Shown here: positions 24,210 to 32,000 of the stretch, one piece after another | Position numbering within the stretch: position 1 is the first letter of the stretch | Layout: each line of letters starts with the position of its first letter | Origin: an uncultured Nitrososphaerota archaeon | GTDB taxonomy: Archaea > Korarchaeota > Korarchaeia > Korarchaeales > Korarchaeaceae | NCBI GenBank assembly: GCA_964480775.1 | Contig: CAYZRF010000014.1 | Location: 18,943 to 50,942, forward strand | Reading direction: 5' to 3' | DNA length: 32,000 nt | Translations under genes and position numbers: made by a program | The notes under the pieces: model-generated | Databases searched by the model: none | Told to the model about the DNA's origin: nothing | The model's input: the letters and a program-made list of their open reading frames with translations, nothing else

Positions 24210-24558
24210 CAAGCGTAAACTCCATTGCTTCTTAATACTTATTACTATGTTTCTTCAAACAAAGTTGGAATGATTGAGGAGATGATGCAAGCTAAGGTAG
24301 GAGAAAATCCAGCTGAGGCCATATTGAAGCCCATTCGTGCATTCTACAAGAGCTTTAAGGAAATGAAAAAGAACGTTCCCTGATTATATTTCACTAAACC
24401 TTATTTCGTGATGGCTTTCTTTAATTGTAGATGATTTCGATTATCCTGCATGGGAAATAATACAAATACTTTCAATCTCCTTAAAATCTTGTTTCCTTGT
24501 TATTTACTCCTTTCTATCCATCCTTGAAACTTTCTGTTATAGGGACTTATCGAATTGT

Positions 24559-24906
24559 TCAGCAATATTTTGCACATACTCTTTGACGTTTTTTATATCT
24601 CTCCAGTTGCTCCCAGCTACTCCCTCTAGCTTGAGGTTGACAGATTGTAGTAAAAGGAATCCTAAGTCTCTGTAAGCTTGGGGCAATAATCCTCCCTATC
24701 CCTTTGCCAATAACCAAGGTATGTCTTGGTTCCAATTCTGCAATCACCCTCGATAGATGGTTATCCCAACACATCTTGATTATCTTCTTCTTTTCTGAGC
24801 TTCTAATGCTGCTTCCATAAAGACCAACTATGCTAGCATCTAATAACCAAATTCCCCTCTCCTGAATTTTCTGTAAAACATCGACCTTGTTCTTGAGTTT
24901 TTGCAT
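24559..24906 (-). CDS. Hypothetical protein (115 aa), possibly 5'-truncated by a frameshift in an A7 run
   Basis: The ORF is protein-like. An upstream 21-codon ORF (ATG 24968, MTISDASLWDYEKNISCIKK) joins it if one A is added to the A7 tract at 24908-24914. There is weak UDG-fold-like spacing (GIWLLDASIV .. TLVIGKGIG .. CQPQARGS). Confidence 0.4.
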   Translation of the reverse strand: MQKLKNKVDVLQKIQERGIWLLDASIVGLYGSSIRSSEKKKIIKMCWDNHLSRVIAELEPRHTLVIGKGIGRIIAPSLQRLRIPFTTICQPQARGSSWEQLERYKKRQRVCAKYC

Positions 24907-25080
24907 ATTTTTTTAATGCAGGATATATTCTTTTCGTAGTCCCACAAAGAAGCATCAGAAATAGTCATGAAAATCAAACTTTGATTATTTGTCAATTGTA
25001 GAAATGGGAAAGCTAAAATATTTATGGGAGAAAGATTGATAGAAAGAGGTAGTTTATGAAAAAAAGAGGAATGGAATAAG

Positions 25081-25785
25081 ATGAAGAAGGAAGATATTTT
25101 GAGAATTATAGATGTTCTTAGCGAAGTTGTAAAAGCCCCTTATCAAGTCTTACAAAGCCTAGTCAGCTATCAGTATAGGTTCGTGAAGCTTCCCGAAGTA
25201 TTACATAGTAATGATAATCCACCTATAGAAATTAGAGAGAAAGCCGAAGTAATCCCAATTGATCAATATCTTGGGTTATACGAACCAGAAAAAACAAAAA
25301 TCACAATATTCAATAAGGGTATCGAGAGAGCAAGCAGAATTATTAATTGTAAACCAGAAGTTTTAAAACAGATAGTAAAGTTACATGAGTGGTCTCACGC
25401 TCTAATTCATATTGGCTTTGAGGAGACTCAGAGCGTCGATGTAGTAAGGATGTTAAGCGACGAAAAATATTGGAAGGAATGGCTGAGGAATTCTACTCAG
25501 ATTTACCTTTCAATTGATAAAAGGCTACACGAGCATCTTGCACAGCTACTTACCTATTACTCTCTCAATACGATTCTTAAAAATGCAAGATGTGCTGAGG
25601 CAAAGAGAATTATTAATTGCATTATAAATACTTTCTTGGAGTTAAATAAGCGCCAACCGCCCGAGTATAAAGTGGATAATTATTTCAATGTGCCTCAGAG
25701 CAGAGTTATCAAAAGTATTAGTTTGCTGAAGAAAGGGTGGATTAAAGGAGTATTTGAAGCGTGGAGCACGGTAATAAAATGGTGA
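25081..25785 (+). CDS. HExxH protein, ImmA/IrrE-like metallopeptidase candidate
   Basis: KLHEWSHALIH contains the HExxH motif and is preceded by LGLYEPEKTKITIFNKG, similar to the ImmA/IrrE layout. Length 234 aa. Confidence 0.45.
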   Translation: MKKEDILRIIDVLSEVVKAPYQVLQSLVSYQYRFVKLPEVLHSNDNPPIEIREKAEVIPIDQYLGLYEPEKTKITIFNKGIERASRIINCKPEVLKQIVKLHEWSHALIHIGFEETQSVDVVRMLSDEKYWKEWLRNSTQIYLSIDKRLHEHLAQLLTYYSLNTILKNARCAEAKRIINCIINTFLELNKRQPPEYKVDNYFNVPQSRVIKSISLLKKGWIKGVFEAWSTVIKW

Positions 25786-25960
25786 ATCATGTTCTAATGT
25801 TAAAAAACTCAAGATATATTGCATTCTTTGTAGCGTGCTAATGGCCACCTAGTTATTTTTGTCAGACAAAAGATTGTCCATTTTTGTTACAAGTTAAGTT
25901 TGTAATTACTAAGTTTGTTTTCATGACATGAACCAGATTTGGAAGAGTTACAAATAGTTT

Positions 25961-27574
25961 TTAGTGGATACGTCTAATTTTACGTATTATGGCTTTTGTT
26001 TTTTGTATTTTAGCCAGATCATCTTTTGGTAATATAGAATGTTCAAGTAGAACTTTATCGACAATCTCGCTAACTTTATCGAAAGCGCGGTTTCTTAGAA
26101 GATTATTCAAGTTTTCCCATAAGCAGGCTAACTCCGATACAATGATATCTGATGATGGAGACACAACATTCAATACTAAAATTCTGGAAGAATCGCTTGG
26201 TTCAAGTTTTAAGCAGCCACCACCATATGGACGACCTTCGATTTCGGAGGAAAGCTGGCTTACCGAAGAGTAAAAAGAGACAATAAGCGCTTTTACTTCC
26301 TTTTCTGCTAGGTGTCTTTTTAGGAAAACCTGATGAATAGTATTTGTACTTGTTGCTCTCGCCGTATCTAAAACCAGCTTAGGAGAGTTGTGATTTATAT
26401 AAGTCAAAAACATATCTGGAACAGTTATGTCAAGAGAGAACCACCTCTTCCTTCTATTTGAATGATATCTCTTGTTAATACCTCTTGACAAGCCAATCTT
26501 CAAATATTCTTTCAAACCATCTGAATCAATATGCGTGTCTGGATGAATGTTGAGAATATAACATTTTGTCCAATTAGTTAGATCTCTTCTCCAATCTTCC
26601 TTGGAATATACAAGTCCTGTGAGAGAAGCATTTCTAGAAACACATGGATACAGATATTTTTTCTCTATTCCAAATTCTTCTCGTTCTTTCTCTGATAATA
26701 CAAAGAAATTATTGCAACCAGTCACTACACCGATACGAGTCTCAGCAAAATTTCTTAGAGGCAAAAATTCTTTGATTCTTCTTAATATAGCAAAAACATG
26801 TTTATCGATAGCTATATGATGCCATTTCTTATTGTTCTCTCCTATAATCGTTTTATTTCTTCCGTCGGTTTCTACAACATGCAGCGAAAGAATAGCTGGT
26901 CCCTTGCATTTTTGAGAAGTAATGACCAATATAGGCGAAATTTTCGTTCCTTCGAACAAATAGTCAGAGAAAAGATAGATGTCTATATTTCGGTATTCGT
27001 CAGCTAAGAGTGTCCTAATTTTCTCTCCATAAGAAGAGAATAAGAACTCTCTAGGAAGAATGAATCCCATAGTACCATTCTCTTCCAATAGAAGGTGACA
27101 TTTTAACATAAAATAAGCCCAAGATGATGCTTTAAGACTTATATAAGCGGTTTTTCCAAACTGTTCAATTAGCAAGTTTTGCCATGTTCTTTTCAACCTA
27201 CCTAATAGGTGATGCCTTATGAATGGTGGATTTGCTAATATCATATTAAAAGAACCGAGTCTATCTGGTTGGATTCTTATGAAGTCCTCTTTAATAAAGA
27301 GACATTTCTTAGGATCAATTATTCTTGTAATCCGCTTTCTGGCCTTCTCTAGCGCTCTTTTGGAGATATCTATACATACTACGTTGGTGTGTTCGCTTAT
27401 TTTACTGGCTCTAAGATAAGCACATACAAGAGTTCCGTTACCAACCGCAGGATCTAATACTCGGCCATACGGATGTTTATCGTTTGAATGATGAGCCTTT
27501 AAAGCTTTTGATACAAGCATTTGCGCTAAGGAAGCGGGTGTCTCAAATCTTCCATGAAGTTTGTTTAAGTTCAT
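25961..27574 (-). CDS. N6-adenine DNA methyltransferase (gamma class, Eco57I/TaqI-like with C-terminal target-recognition domain); DrmMI-like
   Basis: Motif I VLDPAVGNGTL, motif IV ILANPPFIRHH, N-terminal FETPASLAQMLV. The start overlaps the upstream stop (ATGA at 27571-27574). Confidence 0.85.
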   Translation of the reverse strand: MNLNKLHGRFETPASLAQMLVSKALKAHHSNDKHPYGRVLDPAVGNGTLVCAYLRASKISEHTNVVCIDISKRALEKARKRITRIIDPKKCLFIKEDFIRIQPDRLGSFNMILANPPFIRHHLLGRLKRTWQNLLIEQFGKTAYISLKASSWAYFMLKCHLLLEENGTMGFILPREFLFSSYGEKIRTLLADEYRNIDIYLFSDYLFEGTKISPILVITSQKCKGPAILSLHVVETDGRNKTIIGENNKKWHHIAIDKHVFAILRRIKEFLPLRNFAETRIGVVTGCNNFFVLSEKEREEFGIEKKYLYPCVSRNASLTGLVYSKEDWRRDLTNWTKCYILNIHPDTHIDSDGLKEYLKIGLSRGINKRYHSNRRKRWFSLDITVPDMFLTYINHNSPKLVLDTARATSTNTIHQVFLKRHLAEKEVKALIVSFYSSVSQLSSEIEGRPYGGGCLKLEPSDSSRILVLNVVSPSSDIIVSELACLWENLNNLLRNRAFDKVSEIVDKVLLEHSILPKDDLAKIQKTKAIIRKIRRIH

Positions 27575-30120
27575 TTTTGTTCCTCTTCTAAAAGGGGTAC
27601 TGCTATAGCAAAGTGTCTTTCGAAATCAGAGATTAATTTATAGACTTCTGCTTTGTTTCTGTGTATAGATAAAACCTCTATGTTTTCATAAAGACCTCCA
27701 AAAGTTAGATTTGGAGAACCTACAATAGCTACTCTGTCATCAACTATGTAAATTTTTGCGTGAATGAATTTTTCACTTAAGAATCTAACTTCTAGCAATC
27801 CAGGATTTGCATTGATCAATTGTAAAAGAGCAGAACGAAGTTCTCTGCTAAGCTTCTTAGACCTAGAGATCAATAAACGCACCCTTACATCGCGACGTAA
27901 TGCATCCCTTGTTATGTCCTTTAGGATCTCAGTGTTCAAAAAAGGAGTACAGATTCTGACTATTTGGTTCGCGGAACTAATGTTTTTATGGACAATCTCT
28001 CCCACACTAGTTTTCATTTTACTTTCAACTTCTTTCTCATCAAGGATTGCTTCTAAGAAATTTTCAGCCAGCCTTCTACTAAGAAGGAATACTTGATCAT
28101 ACGGCTGCATGTCGCAGCCCCTTTCTAGTCTTATACAAGCAACGCAACCGTCCCAGCAAAACGGTATTTCATGGTCAATAAGAGTAATAATCTCTACCCC
28201 AATGGGAGGATATGATTCTCCTCTTGACTCTCTATACATCTTTTCTTTCTCTTGACGTAAGATCTTGTCTTTGTCGATGAGTAATCGAACAAATTCTAAA
28301 GGAAGATTTATCCCAACTAAAGATGAAAATGCCATATTTAGCTCCTTGAGACGTTTTCTAAATGCAATTTGAGCCTCAAGGATTTTTCTTATGGAAGGCA
28401 TAGTTTCCATTGTTTTTACATGATCCGCCCAAAGAGACAAGCAAGTATTTTCCCCGTGTTTGTCCTTGAGCCTCCGTAGCATCTCAGTGAAAAGTCTTTT
28501 CATAGACATTTTACCCTCCTCTCTTTCTTCTTCAAAAGACTCAGCTACTCCCATCCCCCCATCAGAATCTTCAGTTATTAAGAGAGAAACTTCATCTTCT
28601 CTCAGCGTTACATATTCCGCTGTTCCCCTATCTCTTTTGAGAGAGGTGAAGGTTGAAATTAGATCTAATTCAGTAACTCCATATCGTTTGCATAATACAA
28701 GTTTAAGTAAATGAGAAAGAGTGTGAAGCAAGACATCTATACAAAAATCGATGAATTTTCCTTCTGTAATCATATCTTTTTTTATAAATCCTTCAGGATG
28801 ATTAAATAACTGAATGAGTTGGTTAAGATCTTCTTTTATACTAGGTGAAATACTTATTGCGGCGGTGGGATCTGCTAACCCTAGTAATAGAAGAGCGATT
28901 CTATCCAAGTCATATCTAGGGCCATATCTAAAACGAGGCCGCTCATAAATGTAATATTTTAACAGCAAGGGCTTTAGCACATCTCTTCGGGAAAACAAAA
29001 GGCCTGTTATCAATCTACGTACTTCGTTTTTATTGAAGATTAATTCAAGACCATGGCCTTCAAGAATCCTATATCCAGGACCTTCGTCTAGGAAGAATGG
29101 CCTAGAATAAGTTGTACCAAAGAGCGTTTTTAACTCCAATTGAACACCATAAACCCCTCTTACGAGGGTGGTGTTATCTCTTAGAACAAGAGTAACATTC
29201 TTTGTGGATTCTTTCTTTCCAATTTCACCAGAAGGAGATACCAATGTTCTTATCAGACTTCTTGATTTGTATAGCCGATATATAGAATCCATGGGTTTTG
29301 GAAAATTTAATCCTCCCATATTAAAATCACATATACTATTTGAATCTTTCCATGCTCGTTTTGCCCAATTTGACCCCAGAATTATCAAATCCCCCGTTAC
29401 ATGCACGCCCCCGCCAAAGGTATTCCTCTCTCTGTATTCTGAAGGAATGTTTGGATCAAATAACATAACTGACAAAATTCTTCCTTCTTGAGATATTCCT
29501 TTTACCTTAGCAGATAGGGCTCTTAAAAAGATAGTAAAACCAGCAAATTCATTTTCTTTTTCTCCTAGCTCTCTTGCAGCAACAGTAAACAGATCGTCTA
29601 TTAGATATACTTTCATAGCTCCTGGTAGGAAAATCCTTGTAAAACTCCCTAACATAGGATGAGGTAACTCTATCGAAAATAGAAAGGCACCATTGACTTG
29701 CCATGAATCAAAATAATTGCATAACAGAGACCCTTTAGAACCAAACCTACCTATTGAGGCATTGATTTTATATAGCTCGCTCTCTATTTGAGAATTGAAG
29801 GAAATCCCTTCTCTTGGATTTCTAAAAGGACTTATAATCAAACCTTGTTTGAATTTTCCTGGAACAAAGAAGAATCCTTGTTGATGACTTTGAACTCGTT
29901 GAGGCAAAAAACCTAAAGGAGGAAAAGAACTCAGAACAGAAGTAATACTCTTGATTTTACTAGCTAGAGGGTTTCCTCTTTCCAAAAACGAGACCTCTAT
30001 CTGAGGAATGTTTTTATCTGTTAAAGCAGGATCAGGAGCTCTGGATGCAGGAATTAGGTGCTTTAAAATAATAAATAAGTTCAAATATTTTCTTTTTCTG
30101 CTTCTCGAGACGCTGCTCAT
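27571..30120 (-). CDS. DUF1998 (MrfA-type Zn-binding, DrmB-like) fused to a C-terminal PLD/HKD nuclease domain (DrmC-like)
   Basis: LLHTLSHLLK and FCWDGCVACIRLERGC..LLSRRLAENFL form the DUF1998 pattern (about 28113-28735). FIHAKIYIVDDRVAIVGSPNLT is the HxK(x4)D..GSxN motif (about 27700-27775). Confidence 0.75.
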   Translation of the reverse strand: MSSVSRSRKRKYLNLFIILKHLIPASRAPDPALTDKNIPQIEVSFLERGNPLASKIKSITSVLSSFPPLGFLPQRVQSHQQGFFFVPGKFKQGLIISPFRNPREGISFNSQIESELYKINASIGRFGSKGSLLCNYFDSWQVNGAFLFSIELPHPMLGSFTRIFLPGAMKVYLIDDLFTVAARELGEKENEFAGFTIFLRALSAKVKGISQEGRILSVMLFDPNIPSEYRERNTFGGGVHVTGDLIILGSNWAKRAWKDSNSICDFNMGGLNFPKPMDSIYRLYKSRSLIRTLVSPSGEIGKKESTKNVTLVLRDNTTLVRGVYGVQLELKTLFGTTYSRPFFLDEGPGYRILEGHGLELIFNKNEVRRLITGLLFSRRDVLKPLLLKYYIYERPRFRYGPRYDLDRIALLLLGLADPTAAISISPSIKEDLNQLIQLFNHPEGFIKKDMITEGKFIDFCIDVLLHTLSHLLKLVLCKRYGVTELDLISTFTSLKRDRGTAEYVTLREDEVSLLITEDSDGGMGVAESFEEEREEGKMSMKRLFTEMLRRLKDKHGENTCLSLWADHVKTMETMPSIRKILEAQIAFRKRLKELNMAFSSLVGINLPLEFVRLLIDKDKILRQEKEKMYRESRGESYPPIGVEIITLIDHEIPFCWDGCVACIRLERGCDMQPYDQVFLLSRRLAENFLEAILDEKEVESKMKTSVGEIVHKNISSANQIVRICTPFLNTEILKDITRDALRRDVRVRLLISRSKKLSRELRSALLQLINANPGLLEVRFLSEKFIHAKIYIVDDRVAIVGSPNLTFGGLYENIEVLSIHRNKAEVYKLISDFERHFAIAVPLLEEEQK

Positions 30121-32000
30121 TTATCCACCTCCCCATTCTTTGAGTAATTCGGCTAAAGCTAAAACACCTGATTTTCTAGAAGCATCACAGAAAATTTGGA
30201 TTAGATCTCTCATTTTATCTGAAAATTCTTCACATTGCTTTATATCAAATCTATTTAACTCGTCTAAGAAAACCTTAAACGGTTGTTTAATTTCATCCAA
30301 GATGTCCCTGATCTCTTTGACCGATTTCTTATCTTCGCTTGAAGTTTCATGAACAAAAGTTACTATGCCAAGCCCAACTTTCGGAATAGTGCGGTTTCTT
30401 CCAATTCCAAGCAGATATTTGTTCATTTCTCCTACAATTATTCCAATGAGGTTATTTAGATAATCTGTTATATTACAAATCTCCGACAGATCTTCTGGTA
30501 AATCAGGGTATAAGTCTTCTCTAGCTGCTGCCGTGATACGAATTAAGTGCGATCTTGCTTTTATGCATTTAGAAGAGAGTTCTTCGGCTGTTTGACTAAC
30601 GTCACTTAATTGAATGTTTAGATTTTCTAGAGTTCTCTCAAGTAGGTGTTCGTATTTTTCATTAGATAAGATCTCTATGAGATCTCTTGATGCGCTGGCG
30701 AGTTCATTTAATTTGCGAGGCATTTGAGCTAAGAAATCTCCAGCGATTCCGGGGCGAACAAGATCAATTCGCCTAGGTCTGGATATTATCGGAAGAACCT
30801 CCTCTTCAAATTTATTTATAGCATTATCTAGATCTCGAATAAAATCATCTAAGTAGGAGTCAACTTCCTGAGGGTTGATATCTAGAATTTTACTAACTTT
30901 AACGAGGATCTGAGGCTTTCTATCTACGATGTTTGCTCTTAATTCTTCAATTTCCTCGACAATTGACCTTATACGGTCCAAAATGCTTCTGAAAGATCTC
31001 CTTTTTCCTATCAATCTCGCACATGTAAATATTCCTTCTGATGCTAACAGATCAAGCGATGCAAAAATTACGGACCATCTTTTGACTCTTGCATTCTTAC
31101 TTGCAACAAAAGGTGTCCGGTGCTTTGTGAGAAATTCTTCAAAGTGTTTTCCATACGCATACCATAAGTCATTTGGATTATTGGTAAGAACGAGAATTCC
31201 CATGGCTACTCTGAGAGATCTCTTGCTTCTTCCAGCCCTTCCAACTCTTTGTTTATAGTTTTCTCCAGCCATTGGTGGACGATATTGCACTACCACTGAG
31301 ATATCTCCTATGTCTATTCCTAATTCTAAAGTAGATGTAGAAATAGCACCTATAGATTCATTTTTTAGCTTCTCTTCAACTTTGTAACGATAAATTTTAT
31401 CTAGATCAGCGTTATGAAAGAGTAATGATTCTGCTCCTTGATCTCGTAGCTTTTGTACTATTTTACGATCTATAATTTTTTCATAAATGGAATATCCTTC
31501 GTGGAGATACGAATTTCTATTTCCAAGTATGGATATTGTCTTTTTAGCCTCTTCCATCGAAAAGCTAGAGATTTCTCTCATAACAAGAGGAATAGCTAAT
31601 GGAAGCCATGAGTATGATGCTTGGAACAAATTTTCTTCTATTGAGTATCTCGATTTGCAAAGTATTGCTGGAGAAAGATGCCTCTCCTGTTCTCCTAAGT
31701 CATGTCTCTTAAATATAGTATTGGTAACGAGATTCCAGTATCTTTGAGTTCCTAACACGCTATCTACAAAACAAAGAAATTTTCTTTGAGTAGAGAGGGC
31801 CCAGACTGACAAACAAAGTAATACCTGCTGAAGTAACCAATCTCCACGATAATTTGGGTTTGGAGCTAAAAGAAGGTGTAATACTATTCTTGTGCCCTCT
31901 ATCTGATCATCTAGCTGATAATAGGGACGGAAATAAGTATTACCAGCTATTTTGGAGGACAAGAGGATGTTAACAAATTTAATAGGATCTCCCATGGTAG
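30121..32000 (-). CDS. Superfamily-2 helicase, C-terminal part (DrmA-like); 5' end lies outside the window
   Basis: The RecA2 domain shows RKFLCFVDS, TSTLELGIDIGD and motif VI YKQRVGRAGR (about 31230-31255). No Walker A or DEAH motif appears in the 624 aa shown, and the frame is open to the window edge. The stop abuts the start of the next gene (30120/30121). Confidence 0.75.
   Translation of the reverse strand, partial: TMGDPIKFVNILLSSKIAGNTYFRPYYQLDDQIEGTRIVLHLLLAPNPNYRGDWLLQQVLLCLSVWALSTQRKFLCFVDSVLGTQRYWNLVTNTIFKRHDLGEQERHLSPAILCKSRYSIEENLFQASYSWLPLAIPLVMREISSFSMEEAKKTISILGNRNSYLHEGYSIYEKIIDRKIVQKLRDQGAESLLFHNADLDKIYRYKVEEKLKNESIGAISTSTLELGIDIGDISVVVQYRPPMAGENYKQRVGRAGRSKRSLRVAMGILVLTNNPNDLWYAYGKHFEEFLTKHRTPFVASKNARVKRWSVIFASLDLLASEGIFTCARLIGKRRSFRSILDRIRSIVEEIEELRANIVDRKPQILVKVSKILDINPQEVDSYLDDFIRDLDNAINKFEEEVLPIISRPRRIDLVRPGIAGDFLAQMPRKLNELASASRDLIEILSNEKYEHLLERTLENLNIQLSDVSQTAEELSSKCIKARSHLIRITAAAREDLYPDLPEDLSEICNITDYLNNLIGIIVGEMNKYLLGIGRNRTIPKVGLGIVTFVHETSSEDKKSVKEIRDILDEIKQPFKVFLDELNRFDIKQCEEFSDKMRDLIQIFCDASRKSGVLALAELLKEWGGG

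Noticed and set aside
24270-24383. 37-aa ORF MIEEMMQAKVGENPAEAILKPIRAFYKSFKEMKKNVP
   Set aside because: It is protein-like but very short, with no recognisable motif, ribosome-binding site or TATA box at the proper distance. It could be a gene tail, which I cannot support.
25858-25870. Palindrome TTTGTCAGACAAA between the convergent HExxH and methyltransferase genes, considered as a terminator hairpin
   Set aside because: A 6-bp stem with a 1-nt loop cannot form a stable hairpin. Archaeal termination here is more simply explained by the surrounding oligo-T runs. It may be a protein-binding site, but there is no further evidence.
25642-31747. Antisense ORFs across the HExxH/DISARM-like region: 25642-25848(-), 25989-26273(+), 26601-26819(+), 26798-27007(+), 27219-27419(+), 27764-28096(+), 28460-28714(+), 29168-29491(+), 30008-30352(+), 30929-31258(+), 31487-31747(+)
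   Set aside because: All lie opposite long motif-bearing genes. Their translations are Ser/Leu/Phe-rich shadows, as expected from AT-rich codon usage on the coding strand.
1-32000. CRISPR arrays, rRNA or tRNA genes, IS elements, integrases
   Set aside because: I found no regularly spaced 25-40-bp direct repeats, no GC-rich cloverleaf-like segments, and no transposase- or integrase-like translations in the ORF track. This was by eye only; tRNAscan, Infernal and ISfinder searches would be decisive.

Overview
This looks like an archaeal chromosomal segment. It encodes TFB, has TATA boxes about 25 nt upstream of apparently leaderless starts, and carries ilvC. I saw no rRNA, tRNA, CRISPR array, transposase or integrase. 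All family calls come from reading the ORF translations by eye; no HMM or database search was run.

Positions 1-13.3 kb hold housekeeping genes: tfb, ilvC, a 2x[4Fe-4S] ferredoxin, a class-I glutamine amidotransferase, an NAD-dependent epimerase and a GNAT. Accessory genes sit between them: an orphan McrB-family GTPase with an EVE/PUA-like N-domain, three VapB/VapC(PIN) pairs, one HEPN/MNT pair, a ParA/MinD-like ATPase with an atypical Walker A, and an HPr-like protein lacking both phospho-acceptor residues. This part also contains decay products: a 3' epimerase fragment, a displaced vapC tail and a multiply disrupted pseudogene.

Positions 13.3-32 kb look like an AT-richer defence island with four parts:
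(a) Winged-helix genes around repeat-rich AT-rich spacers.
(b) A reader-domain HNH nuclease, a MazG-type NTP pyrophosphohydrolase, a TYW1-like radical-SAM enzyme divergently paired with an unassignable 296-aa protein, and an EVE-like/PD-(D/E)xK nuclease.
(c) A gene-fragment graveyard, then a TcmP-like methyltransferase-fold protein convergent with a spore-photoproduct-lyase-family radical-SAM enzyme, a Rad50/SbcC-type ATPase remnant, an HhH-GPD glycosylase-like protein and a possibly frameshifted small gene.
(d) A translationally coupled helicase, DUF1998+PLD fusion and N6-adenine methyltransferase operon. It resembles DISARM class 1 and runs off the window edge.

The best candidates for an undescribed system are the two radical-SAM modules (16.4-18.7 kb and 20.8-24.2 kb) and the fused DISARM-like operon.
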